The notes under the pieces: model-generated
Told to the model about the DNA's origin: nothing
Databases searched by the model: none
Seen by the model: only the letters and a program-made list of their open reading frames with translations
Shown: positions 27,366 through 41,085 of the stretch, in pieces
How the letters are laid out: each line of letters opens with the position of its first letter
Position numbering within the stretch: the first letter of the stretch is position 1
Assembly: GCF_026210795.1 (NCBI RefSeq)
Contig: NC_089434.1
Coordinates: 1,798,001-1,862,000, forward strand
Origin: Rhizophagus irregularis
Lineage: Eukaryota
Reading direction: 5' to 3'
DNA length: 64,000 nucleotides
Made by a program: the position numbers and the translations under genes

Positions 27366-28684
27366 CAGATGGTGATCAAAAGTATACGGACATTTTAATT
27401 TGCCAAAATTATGCCGATCATCACGTGATGACGTAATATAAACAATACGTCATTTAACGCCTTATATCATAATAAAAACCTCCCCAATGTTTTTTTTTTA
27501 GTAAACATTCACCAAATATGAAGCCACTCACCCCAAAAACCCGATATGCGATTATTTATGGTTATAATTGTGGACAATCGGGCCGTTTAATTGCAGAACA
27601 CTTGGGGTGTAGTAAAACTGCTGTTTATGATGTACTTAAACATTTTCGTGAAACTGGCTCTTTCACACCAAAAAAAAAATCAGGTCGCCCTCCACTCTTT
27701 GACTCACCAGCACGACAAGAACTCAAAGCTTTTGTTAAAGAAAATGGTGAAAATCGTCGACTTTGTTCAAAAAAGCTTGCAACTGTTTGGACAGCTCGTA
27801 AAAAGCAACCTATTTCTGTGTGTACCATACGCCGAAACCTCAAAAAGGTTGGACTTAGTGCCTGTATTCCCCGTCATAAACCTGCAATGACAGAAGCACA
27901 TCGTCAGGCTCGTCTTGAATGGGCTCTTGCACACAGAGATTGGACAACAAGAAAATGGAGAAGAGTGCTTTTTTCAGATGAAAGCACTTTTACACAATTT
28001 CAGAAAGGTCGTCAGGGAAGGGTTTGGCGTGAACCAGGAGAAGAATTGAATCCTGATTGTATTGCAGTTACCGTTAAACACAGTCCTAGCAGAATGTTTT
28101 GGGGTTGTTTCTCCTGGCGTGGGCTTGGACCAATTGTTCCGTTAAAAGGCTCAGTTACAGGTCAAACTCATGCTAAAATTATTCAAAACTATGTTGTACC
28201 TACTTTGGATGAGCATTTTCCACAGGGTAATGGAATTTTTCAAGAAGACAATGCTCCACCACATCGTTCAAAAGTCGCTATGGCCACCCGTGAAGATGCC
28301 AAAATTGTGGTGCTTCAATGGCCAGCACAAAGCCCCGATTTGAACCCCATAGAGAACATGTGGGCAGAAATGAAAGCAATGGTGCATCGACGTGACCCAC
28401 CACCATCTAATATCAAAGTACTTGAGAAATATGTTAAAGATGCGTGGGATGATATTCCTCCAGAATATTATAAAAAATTAATTGATAGCATGCCACAGAG
28501 AATTGAGGCAGTTATTGCTGCAAATGGATATAGTATTAATTATTAATATATAATTTTTTTTTACATAAAATTAATAAAGGACAATCAGATTAATATATTT
28601 ACTTAATAAATTTTATTTTTATTATATTATTTTATATGAAATTTTTATTTTAAAAAATGTCCGCATACTTTTGATCACCATCTG
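27366..28684 (+). mobile_element. Tc1/mariner DNA transposon, apparently intact
   Basis: 31-bp TIR CAGATGGTGATCAAAAGTAT(A/G)CGGACATTTT with one mismatch; TA on both sides (27364-65 and 28685-86). Confidence 0.95.
27518..28546 (+). CDS. Tc1 transposase (HTH + DD34E)
   Basis: Motifs KSGRPP, VLFSDES, FQEDNAPPH, WPAQSPDLNPIENMW; 34 residues between the second D and the E. Uninterrupted 342-aa ORF. Confidence 0.95.
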   Translation: MKPLTPKTRYAIIYGYNCGQSGRLIAEHLGCSKTAVYDVLKHFRETGSFTPKKKSGRPPLFDSPARQELKAFVKENGENRRLCSKKLATVWTARKKQPISVCTIRRNLKKVGLSACIPRHKPAMTEAHRQARLEWALAHRDWTTRKWRRVLFSDESTFTQFQKGRQGRVWREPGEELNPDCIAVTVKHSPSRMFWGCFSWRGLGPIVPLKGSVTGQTHAKIIQNYVVPTLDEHFPQGNGIFQEDNAPPHRSKVAMATREDAKIVVLQWPAQSPDLNPIENMWAEMKAMVHRRDPPPSNIKVLEKYVKDAWDDIPPEYYKKLIDSMPQRIEAVIAANGYSINY

Positions 28685-30347
28685 TATTTAATCGAATACA
28701 AGAAGTTAAAACTCGTCCACGACAAAGGTGGAGTTGAGGTTAAAATAATTCGTTATTTTGCAGTGTATTTAGCAGAGTATTTAGCAATTTTCAATGATTT
28801 TTTATTAGCTTTTTCATTATTAGGAAAAAAAATAAGAAAAGTAATTTAAAGAAATTAAAATTCAAGATGTTTATAGGACTTAAATTCGCATTTTTTCATT
28901 TTGTATAGAGATTGTAATTTAATTTAGATACTGTAACAAATATTAACGAATTTAAAAAATATATATTTTTACATTTAAAACATTTAAAGGAATTGTACAA
29001 TCAATAACTTATCTCCTAAATAAATGTTAACACTTGTTATTGACATTATTCTAAAAGTCACTTCTTACGGCAGTTGAAATAGAGCGATAAAACTAAAGAT
29101 GAAAGCAAAACTATGAGTTATTAAACTTCTTATCCACGGTGTTAATTTCATTGTTACCGATGAATTTATGAAATTCACTTAGAAAAATGTCTCGTATAAT
29201 TTATATTATTTTAGAATTTAGTAAATATGCGAATAAATAAATAAATACGTAAAGCAAGTTTAAATATAAAAGGATGTCAAATCCAAGTACTACATTTTTT
29301 TAAATAAATTCCTTTTTTTTATTTAGATTAGTCTGAGAGGCAAAAGTACCTTATTGTAAAATATATGATACGGGTCAATTTAGCACCGCGTGGTAGTTCA
29401 AGAACGATACATTTGCGTCTGAGAGTTAAAGTAGTCTATTATCAACTTGCGTATTATTTATTTATACAGTATATTAACAATTCGCGAGATTTACTATAAA
29501 TTTATTTTATTATTACAATATAGTGAGTGAGCTTTATACTATAATTATAAACACTGATTTGTCATCCAAAATTTTTTTTGGCCTCATTTTATATTTTTAT
29601 ATGCAAAGAAAAAAATTCTTTTTTTATTTTCCATTATTGTACAGTTACTACAGTACAAATGATGTCTTCGCCTTCTTTCTGTTTCTTTCATGTTAATTTG
29701 TACTTTCCATCATTAGTATCTTGCTTCTATGCCAAAATATTTAATAGTTAGCCAATACTTAAAGATATTTATTTTCGCTAGTATCTCAAATAAGCAAAAT
29801 GATAAAGGTAAATGCATTAATTACATTATTTTATGCATTTACTCTGATAAAGTACTTCTATAATATTAAACGGACTATTCCGTAATACTTATGGTAAATT
29901 CTCAAAATTCCTTGAGAATCAAGAAATATTTTCCGTACCGTCAACAAAAAGTTCAAACCTCTGATAACGCATAATTCAGAATAAATAAAATATGTACGTT
30001 CAAAATTTCATCATAGTATATCTTACTATTTATTATAAAGAAAAGTCAAAATGGAAAAATCAAGTTTTTAACTATTGCATGAGTTTCACTTTATTAATAA
30101 ATAAAATAAATTAATTAATGACAAAGTAACATAATAAAATTATAATATTTATTTATAGCTATGATTAACAATTAAACATGTTTAAAAATATTTTATTTTG
30201 TCTATTTTTAAAATTTTTTGTGTAATTGTAATTGTCATATGACATTCAGATCATACTAAAATTTGAATCTATAGTTACACCATTAATTTCGTTTTTCAAT
30301 TTATTTTTAACAATAAAAAAATTTTTTCTTTTTAATTAAATTACATT

Positions 30348-32648
30348 ATGTCTACTATTCGATATGAATTAGTTTATGCAACAACTAGTAGATCATATTC
30401 GTTAGTTGATTATAATATTTACACTGACATACACAAACAGTATGAATTTCGAAAACAATTTATTCTTGCTGATAAACTTCTTACAGATGATGAAAAAACT
30501 TTTGCAATAAAATATATAACTAAATCTTACGACAGAAATAAAATTCTTCAAAATACGGGAACAAAAAGAATTTGTGAAAATTGCAATAAAAAATGTTTAG
30601 CTACATCATATTGTGAATATTGTATTCGAAATTATTTAAAAGGAAAATTTTCACATTGGACATCTGGAAATGATGATATTGATAATTTAATACAGAAATG
30701 TCAAATAGAATCAATTATGCCAAATACTATAGTTGAATGGATTCCATATAGTAATTTACAAAATATTAAATATCTTACAAAAGGTGGATTTTCCGAAATT
30801 TATACTGCAGATTGGATTGGTGGAGGATATGATGAATGGGATTCTAAAAAACAACAATTAAGAAGATTTGGAACTACAGAAATAGTACTTAAAAAATTAG
30901 AAAATATTGAAAGTGCAAATCAAAGTTGGTTTGAAGAGGTTTGTATTCTAAATTGTTTATTATATTAAATAATTTTGTATTGACAATAAAATTTTTAAAT
31001 TCTTATAGGCTAAATCACATTTAACTATAAATAATAAATGGGCAGAAATTGTCCGATGTTACGGTTTAACACAAGATACATCAAATGGAAATTACATGCT
31101 TGTAATGAAGAAAATGGATATGGATTTAAGAAAATATTTACAACAAAATAATGAACGACTCACATGGAAAGAAAGAATTAGAATTACTTTTGAAATAACT
31201 ATGGCACTATATTTTATTCATTTTGAGAAGGCAATTCATAGAGATTTGCACTCCGGAAATATACTATTTTCACAATATAGTGATAGATGGTTTATTAGTG
31301 ATCTTGGATTTTGTGGACCTGCTGATAAATCATCAAAAAGTATATATGGAAATCTTCCTTACATAGCACCTGAAGTTATTAATGGAAAAGGATATACTTT
31401 TAAATCTGATATTTATAGTGTTGCAATACTTATGTGGGAAATTTCATCTGGATATTCACCATTTATTGATTATAATCATGATGATTATAATCTTGCAATG
31501 GATATAATTAATGGTATGAGACCGGAAATTATGTCATATATTCCTTTAGAATATAAAAATTTAATGGTACAATGTTGGGATGCTGATCCATTAAAAAGAC
31601 CTGATGTTCTAACTCTTTGTAATAAAATAAGAGAAATTCATCTATCATATCAGAATATGCCAGATGAACTTTTCCAGTCAAAAGGAGTAAATAATTTTGA
31701 AATAAAAACTAGTACAAATTATATAAGCAGCAGATTATTTACGAGCAAAGTTCATCAATTTGAAAATTTACCCGAACCAAAAAATGCAACAGAAGGTATT
31801 ATTTATTAAGTTTTTTGTTTATTGATTAAGATATGATGACGTTACTAATTTTTTTTTTTTGAATTTAAATGATTGTACTCGTTATAGAAGAACAAGAAGG
31901 TTAGCTTTTTTATTGTTATTTTATTAACTATTATAATAATTTATAACCTATTTTTCTTATTTTTTAAATAGCATTTCATAGTAAAACATATGATTTTAAT
32001 ATTCCTGATAATAGTAAGTATTTATTGAGATTTTCATTTGATGAAATATTTATTAATCAAATTTTCGTTTTTTAGTTGAAGATTTTAATAATTCAAACGA
32101 TCAGAAGATTAATAAAACATCAAAAATAAATAGTATTTTTAAAGGTAATTTATTTATATATTCAAATTTTTAAAATAATGATACAAATTTATCTCAATTT
32201 TAGGTGATAGTAAAAGGTTATCTGAAGAATTTAAAAGTTTACAAATAAGTTCAAATAATGGTAAGTAATATTATTCTAAATTTTAATCGTTTAATTAAGC
32301 AATATTTATTATAATCTTATTTATTTATTTAAAAATTCAGACATTCAAAATGATTATAAAAAAGAAACAATGCAACAAATGAGAGGATCAGTTAATGGTA
32401 AGTAAAGTAATTTGCTATAAATTTTCATTTTATTTTTGCAATGTTTAAATTAAAAATTTTGTCCTTTTATAGACGACGACGAAATACATAATAATCCAAA
32501 CCTTCATTCAGAAGATCAAGACGAATTTGAGATTCCCGATGGTTAGTTTCTTAATATTAATATTGTAATAAATAATAATTTAATTGCTAATTTCTATAAT
32601 TTCTATTATTTAAATTTATTTATATATATATTTTTAGATGGATTTTAA
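30348..32648 (+). CDS. Tyrosine-kinase-like protein kinase, copy 4 (complete, inverted relative to copies 1-3)
   Basis: Exons 30348-30938, 31009-31795, 31888-31899, 31972-32013, 32076-32144, three more short exons, and 32638-32648. Ends NNPNLHSEDQDEFEIPDDGF*. Confidence 0.92.
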
Positions 32649-33886
32649 AAATAATAATTATAAACAAGCGATATTGAATATTTTGGTTATTTTGAATTAT
32701 TTAAACACTAAGGCTAGAGTAGTAAAATATTTTATGCGTTCCTTAGTTTGTAATTTAAATAATTTATATATATATACTATATGTTATAGCTTACCAATAA
32801 ATTTAAATCAATATTTTTCAACATGTAAATGAGAAGTTGACGCCTCGCCACATTGATTTACGAAATAACTTTTTTATTGATAATAGGTTGTGACGTAATG
32901 AAAATTTAATTAATAGAGTCGAAACTATATGAACTAATTAATATGTCGTTAATTAATTTAAAGATTTTTATTTATAATACTGATTACTGTGATAAAGTGA
33001 TAAACAAGTTCAAAGTAACGAAGCATGTTTGGATTATTGTTGTCGTTATTATTTAAAAGCTGAGTTGGGGCTCAAGTTATTATTTAGAGTTGAAGATTTA
33101 TATTATTTTTGTATACATGAAATCTAATAACGCAAATTATTTGAATAATAATTCTCTTTTTGCTAAAGGAATGGCTTGTTCTTTTATTTAAGTAAGAGGA
33201 TGACGTGCTAAAAGAATTATTAGTTATACCCAACTTATTTCATAAATCATTAATTAAAAAAGTAATTCTAACAAATCTGGGTTAATAGGATAGCTAATAA
33301 ATAGGTTTTTATAATAAATTTATATGCAATCAAAAATTTCAAGAATAATTTTTAATGTCGTTCTATTTATACCGTAAATGTAATACCCTGTGACTTTACA
33401 AAGAAAAAATCGGTTTAAAAAATTGAATCATATTCATGATAACTTCTGCAGCCTAATAATTCAAAATCAAATATTTCAATATTACATATTTAGATTATTA
33501 TATACCATATTTCTTCATCATTATATATATAAAAAGTAAATAAATTATCGCTATAAAATTAACAATTATTTTAATATCATCATCATTATTCGAAATTTAA
33601 AGAATTATATTTAATATTATTGTTCAATCGATTACTAAGAATATACGGGATTTTAACGTAATAACCAAACTATTCTTTATTCTTTCATCTAATATTATTA
33701 ATTTTTAAATTTTAAATTGATGTATTAACATTATTTTTACTACACATGTCAATAAAATCGACTATTTTTAAGACAAACGTGATTTTCATTTTAAAATTAA
33801 ATTAATTAATATAATATGAAAGGTGGTACGACATGAAATAATTTTTTTTTATAAACAAAAAAAAAATTTTTTGTTTTTAAAAAAAC

Positions 33887-34845
33887 ATGTTACCAGACTT
33901 TTCTGATAAAAAATTAATTTATACATCTTGTTATTGTGAAGAAAATATTTACCATTTATGTAAAGAATTAGATGATATAAAAAATAAAATTGATATTTAC
34001 GTTTGTTTTATATCAAATGAAAATCTTACGGTAAAAAAAAAGAAAATTTTATTTTATTTATTTATTTATTTGTTTTTAGTTGAAAATAAATTATAATTTA
34101 TAATGAAAAACTTTTCCAGGTCCCATTATGGAAACAACGTGCATCTAAATATTCAGATGGAATGATAATTTGGGTAAGGGTAATGGAAAAAAAAAATTTC
34201 TTTTTTTTTTTTAAAAAGAAAAAATTATTAATTTCGCCTCATAATAGGATTATCATGTGATTTTGATAGTTAAAGAAAAAGATTCGGAACAAAAGTATTT
34301 GAATTTGATATTTTGGATGTCACAAACCATCTCTTTTATTCTAAAAACATTTTTTAATCAGGATAAATGTTTATGATCTTGACACAACACTTCCATTCCC
34401 ATGTGATTTTTCAACTTATACGCAAGAATCATTTAAAGTACTCAATATTCCACAATATTATAGGTAAGTAAATTTTAAAAATATATAATAAAAAGATTCA
34501 ATTGTATAAATTCCTTTTTTTTTTTTATGTTAGAAAATTTCGGATAATTCCTGCTGAAACTTTCCTAAGAGTTTTTGCATCAGATAGAAGTCATATGGTA
34601 TCATACTGTATATGTAATACAATTTCAAATTTTATATTTGTAATAATATTAATTAAAAATTCTTTACTTTTTAGATTAAAGAGGATGGAACTTGGAGTTC
34701 TCCTCCACCTACTTATCCACCTATATTCACTTCAGATTCTGTTAATAATTTACAAACATTTATAAATATGATAGAGAACTTGGATTCAAATGATTTCGGT
34801 AAAGTACTTGAGGAAGATGACTTTAGAAATTACTTTTTTCGTTAG
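33887..34845 (+). CDS. NTAQ1: Protein N-terminal glutamine amidohydrolase
   Basis: Spliced motifs YTSCYCEENIY, VPLWKQ, IWDYHVI, YDLDTTLPFP, FASDRSHM, SPPPTYPPI. Confidence 0.93.
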
Positions 34846-35141
34846 GGAATTTACATTTTTTTCGGTTAGTTTGTCTAGTTTGACCTTGACCCCTTTTAGA
34901 TGTGGTATTGTAGATCAATTATGGAGATTTTCATAAGATTTTTTTCTTTCCTCGGACATTTGGGCGATAATTTTCACATGTATTTGAGGGGCTTGATCAT
35001 AAGATCAAAATTTGGGTGAAACATGATAAATAGTTCAATTGCCGATTTTTTTTTTTTAAAAAAAAATACATAATTTTTTTCAAAAATTAAAAAAAAATTA
35101 TTTATATTTTTAATATATATATATATATATATTTTACGATC

Positions 35142-36188
35142 ATGTCAACGTTTAATTCACTCTCTAAAACGGCATCAACTTTTGTTTCCCCAACATTACT
35201 TCTTATCGGTTTCATTTCGGTTTTACCGATTTTGTATATCGCAAATTTTTATTGTCGTTATAAACGTTATCAAGCCGCTACACCATGGTCTGTTCAAAAT
35301 AAAGTTGTTGTAATTACTGGTGCTTCAAGTGGGATTGGTGAAGAACTCGCTTATGAATTTGCTCGCCAAGGTGCAAAATTGATTCTCTGTGCACGTAGAG
35401 CTGATAAATTATCTGATGTAGCGGATGTATGTAGAGATAAATATGGTGCAACACACGTAGCAATTAATAAGGTTGATGTTACACGTGAAAATGATGTGGA
35501 TCGTTTAATTGAAACTATTGAAGCATCTTATGATAAGATTGATTGTCTTGTACTTAATGCTGGTGTATCAATGGGTGAATCTTTAGAAGATATTGAAGAT
35601 TTTAATATTATTAAAGATATTATGAATGTAAATTATTATGGTAGTACTATGCTTACTTATTATGCTTTACCACTTTTGAAAAAAGCTGAAAAACCTCGTA
35701 TTGTTGTTGTATCATCTCTTGCTTCTGTTTTACCTTTTGTTCCTATGAGAACTGGTTATGCTGCTTCAAAATGTGCTTTAAGAGGTTTCTTTGAAAGTTT
35801 ACAAACTGAACTTCTTAAGGATAATATTTTCGTCACGATCGCTTACCCGGTAAATATCTTTTAAAATTATATTTCTTCTTTTTTTTTTTACTAAAAAAAA
35901 ATACTAAAAATAATATCATCATCATCATTACAGGGTATTGTTAAAACTGAAATCAACGATAGTAGATTAGGAAAAAATCCAAAACATCTTGATTTTAATA
36001 AAGCTATGCCAGCTGAAGAATGTGCTAAAGTCATTGTTGATGGAACTATTAGAGCTGATAGAGAAATTGTTTTTACTCACCTTGGTAAATTGGGTAAAAT
36101 ACTAGATGGTGTCTTTCCTGATTTATTATTTTACGTTTCTCAAAATTACGTTTTGAAACAAATTAGTATGGATAAAAAAATTCAATGA
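35142..36188 (+). CDS. Membrane-anchored short-chain dehydrogenase/reductase (DHRS7/11beta-HSD-like)
   Basis: N-terminal hydrophobic helix, TGASSGIG, LNAG, YAASK; one intron at about 35850-35933. Confidence 0.9.
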
Positions 36189-36628
36189 AAAATCATCAGG
36201 AAAAATCTCCTCATTCTCTTGTTTTTAATGTGATTTAGTGATTTAGTTAAAAAAAAAAAAAAAAAAAAAAATTTAAAAAAGTTATTTAAAAAATTATATT
36301 TATTATTTATTATTATAACAACAATCAAGTTGAAATCATTTTATTTGTTAAAGGAATAAATCATTCTCGAATTATTTTTATTATTTAATATATTACATTT
36401 TTTTTTTTACATTTATTAACTGATTCATGGCGCTGACTTTATATCTTAAATAATTTTATAATCGATAATATTTTCTTAAATCACGTAAATTTCATTCGGC
36501 CCCATTAGATTTGGTAATTCTCTTTTTTTGGTGTATTGACTTAACTTATATTTTAACGATAATAAATTAGATTGCCTTAACTATATCCGAACAAAATAAT
36601 TTGTAAATATAAAAGATAACTTTAATTT

Positions 36629-38862
36629 CTATAATACCTTGGAACCAATCAACAATTAAAAGAAAATACGAAACGAAACAAAATTTAGATTAAAATCATA
36701 ATGTTTTAACTATTAAGATGTTACCTTTGGCGTTTCATCACTCTCATATTGAGGTGGCGGTCTAACATATGGTACAGGGACAGAATGATCATCAAACCAA
36801 TCTCTTTTATCATGATCTTCGCTGGGAATATAATCTTCTTCCTTCTTGTAAATTGGAAATAAAACGCCCAATTCCCAATTATTAATCTTGATTTGCAATT
36901 CTTTTGTTTCGCGTGATGTAGTGACCTTTCCCCTAATAATTCGGGTAATTCAGGTTATAAACGAAAAAAAGTTTTGAATACTTATACATAATCTATCGAA
37001 ATACAAATATTTTAATTTATCTTACAAAGCCGATTCGGAAAAATTATGACTCCTATAATTGAAAAATATAAAGTTATTTTTTCTGTATGAGGTCGTGCAT
37101 ACACATATAAAACATACAAAACATATAAAAAAGTACATACCCACAATAATACCATCCTCCAATATTCTCCTGAGATTCATCAAGGACAGGATCAGATTCC
37201 GCTTCATTAAGATCTTCGCGATATTTCGCCAATATAAACTATATATAATAAATTCCTTCTTAGAATTAAACATTTGTATAATCTCATTACTTATGTACCT
37301 TTTCGACATTACCTTTGAATGCATCAATAACCCATCACGTTTAGAAATGCAATTTCTGAAATTAAAGAAATTAAAGATAACTGGATTAATAATTGACATA
37401 ACAACTTTTTTTTTTTCTGGTCAACCCTTTTTCAAATTACCTTAAAATTTCTTTAGGAAAAGTATCCTTATTGTAAGATTGTTCAAAAAGGCAAATTGTA
37501 GACGCGATACTAGATTTTGCCTATATATTAAAATTTAACAAGAAACAATTAAGTTAAAGATAGTCAACATACGAATGTTTTAAACTATTTATATGTACCG
37601 GATTATCGTATTTTGATTCATCAATTACTTTTCTGGATGGATAAACTACAGTAATCGGGGGCAAAGGAACAACTTCACCTTTTTTTGGGCGAGGCCGACT
37701 TTGGGCCGAAACGGGATCTAATCCTCTTGCTGATCGATAAAATTCGTTCAAGAACTGTTTATTAAGACTCCCAATTGAAGACGACTTCATAAAAAATTTT
37801 ATATATAGTTATTGATCGAATGCTAATAAAGTAAGAGATACTGCTAAAATCACGTACTTGAACTTCTAATTGAAGATCATCTTCACGTTCTCCGCATAAT
37901 TCTTTAACCGCTTTACATATACGTCCATGACCAAACTTTTTGATATTTTCCATTCCTTTATAAGTTCCAGGAATTGATGGAATAAGGACTGCCTTAAAAA
38001 TGATTTAATGATTTATAAACATATATAATTAGTAAAGTGAATTTTATCATTTTTTTTAATGAATTAACGACTTACTTTTGCCTTTGAGTAATCATATTCT
38101 GGAAGCCTAGTAATAATATGCGTTTTAAGCCCCATCTTTACCAACATATCATTAATAGTTTGAGCGAATTCTGGTAGACCATTATATTCTTTTGATTTAT
38201 CACGAGACGGAAAATCTTGAACAAAGACAACATTTTCACAAAGTTCCCAATCTTGAGGAATCAAATTTCCGGATGAAATAACGACTCTCATCCATTTATC
38301 GAAAATCAATAACATTAATTTCGCGTGAAAACATCCAAATCCACTTTCCGCTTTCGGCGCATGAACGATCAAATAATTCGTGTTTGGGATACCAGATAAT
38401 CCTTGCTTTTTTTTTAACAATCATAAATTAGTTAAATTGAGATCAATAAATAAATAACATATTACATATAATGATACTTACCGACTCACTATTTGCATCC
38501 CAATCTTTGGCTAAAATGATCTGTCGATTATTAGGTAATTTTGTAAATAACCATGGAAAATCAACGATCATAGTACTGAGGAACGCAAGCTTTAAAAATG
38601 GCTTTTTTAAAAATTAAATAATGTTATTTTTTTTTAAAAAAAAAAAGATGGATCAAATGATTTGATAGTGATCATTCACCTTTTGAATTAAATCATCAAT
38701 TTTCACATAATTATCTTCACTTCCATAACCTGGTACATAAGTAAGTTTGGTAACACCATTCAAGTATCGTGGGCCTATTTATATTTTTTTTGATTTATTT
38801 ATTCAATTTTATAAACTTTTTTTTTTAACAAAAAAAAAATGATTTTTACCTTGATCTGTCAT
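36629..38862 (-). CDS. TDP1: Tyrosyl-DNA phosphodiesterase 1
   Basis: Two HxK motifs (GCFHAKLMLL, LMHSKV), plus SSGNL, IPSIPG, SSSIGSL, SHNFSESA, NWELGVL. The exact last exon is uncertain. Confidence 0.88.
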
Positions 38863-39266
38863 TGTTGTGATATATCTAAAAGTCGGAGGTCTTACGAGAC
38901 GTACGAGACGAGAAAGCTTAAAAAAAAAATTGTGGGAACCCATTACCCATCTGATGATCACTTCATAAGGAAAAGAGACATGTTTTTCATATGTTTAAAA
39001 TAAACAGAACGAAATGGCGCAGTAATTAACTTTAGATAATCTGGAATTCTGGAATCTGGATACGCCCTTAAATGTACAGTACTATACCGCATATAGAAAA
39101 GTTAAAAAGATATGAAGATAACTTATTAATTATATTATTTATTTATTTTTTATTATACTGTATTAATCATAAACTATATTATTATTATATATGAAATTCA
39201 TTATTACTATTATATTATTTTTTGTTTTTTTTTTAATAAATAATGTTTAAATTCACGACTTCTCTT

Positions 39267-40625
39267 TCATAAATATCTATTCTCAATATGTAAATAATCA
39301 ATAAATTTTCTAACAGTGGCATGCATAGTGTATATCATTATCAACCACATGATTATATGTATCACGAATGCAGTTAGCCAAAAATAAAGTATACACAAAA
39401 ATAAAAATATTATAAATTTAAAATAACCATGAAATTTCTTTTCACAAATTATTGAACATAAATACCCAAGATATTTATCACTTTCTAAAAAATTTAATAA
39501 CATTGTCGTCTTATTCTCTAATGAAGCTTCACTTTCACGTAAATTAGGACGTCTAACACTATAAAAAGGTGTCAATATTTCATTTGTTAAATGATATTTT
39601 AAAACTCCATTAAAGATACGTCCTATAATTTATTATTAAATAAATTGTTAATATTTATATATATAAAAAGTAATTTAAAAATAATATATATATATATATA
39701 TCCGAATAAAAGTAATGAATTCTAACCTGGTATAATAGGTTGAAAAGGAACAACCGCATTATAAAAATCTTTTGAATTAATATGATGAAATCTTATCAAT
39801 GGAATACATTTCTTTAATTTCTCTTCAAGTTCCATAAAATCTTCTGTTGACCAATTTTCCAATTTATGCTTATCTAATTTTTTTGAAATTTGTTTAATTC
39901 CCCAATCTAAAACATTGTTCCAAATATCAATTTCATAAAGGTTTAAATTATCATTTTCTAAACATGATATTACAATATTTTCGGGTAATTCAATAAAATA
40001 TTGAGAATTAAATATCCGTGTTGAATAATTTCTAACAAGTATCGTGATATGTCTTTGAAGAATTCGAAAGTGAGGGAAAAGACTTATAATATTGCACATT
40101 TCAAGCAAATTATCAAGAAGAAAATTGGTATAATTTGTGGGATCCGTAATGAGGATTTGTGTATAATCAATTAATTTTTCAAGACAAAGTTTATCAGCTG
40201 CTAAAAGTACATCGAAAAGTAAAAAAGGATTTGATTTATCAGTTAAAATTGTATCTGTGTACATGAATCTACAAAGAAAAGAAAAAAAAAATTAATTTCA
40301 AATAATTTGTAAAAAAAAATTTAATTATCATTTTATTCTAAAATGACCTACAGTACCTAAGAATTATTTCAAAGACTTTAGGAGATATGTTTGGAATACG
40401 TAAGATATAATAATCATCTTCTTTATTAATCCACCTACTCGATAATGCACTTTCAAAATATTTACTCTTAACTTTTAAAGTTGCCGAATGAGCATAAAAT
40501 TTTTTATAATCTTGTTCTTCACCAACATGTAAAATGACATCATAATTTGTATCTGTAGAATATTGTTTATAATTAAAATATTTATTAACATTATCAAAAA
40601 GATTTTGCACAAGTTGAAATGCCAT
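39267..40625 (-). CDS. BTB/POZ-BACK domain protein with a hydrophobic C-terminus
   Basis: YDVILHVG..FYAHSATLKVKSKYFESAL..PNISPKVFEIILR (BTB) and EIDIWNNVLDWG..CIPLIRFHHI (BACK); three exons splice in frame. Confidence 0.85.
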
Positions 40626-41085
40626 TTTTCTTGGAAAAGATTAAGATGAAAAAGATGAAAATAAAAAAAAAAGAATTGGTTTGTTTATTTATTTAACTAT
40701 GGGATGAACAGCTGCTGACCTAGATATAAATGATTGGCTTGCTTTTTTTCTCGTAAAACGTAGCAAACAACAAACAATACATATTTTGTATACGAAAAAC
40801 TTTCCCATGCTATATCAGCCATTAAGGATTTACACTATAATCTCATGAAATGATCGCTATCCTTTTTTAGATGATGTAAATAAATTGGTACTTTTCCATT
40901 TTTTGACAATCCCCTTTTTGAATGTTGTACAATCTCGAGTCTATTGATCCGCAGTTAAATAAGAATGTAAATGGTAAACTTTTTTTCTTCCCGAGAACTT
41001 TTTTTTTTCATAAATTTTTACACACAAACAAAGATTTTAATTTTTTTACTTTTACCTTTATTTTACTTTTGATTTCTGATACAAA

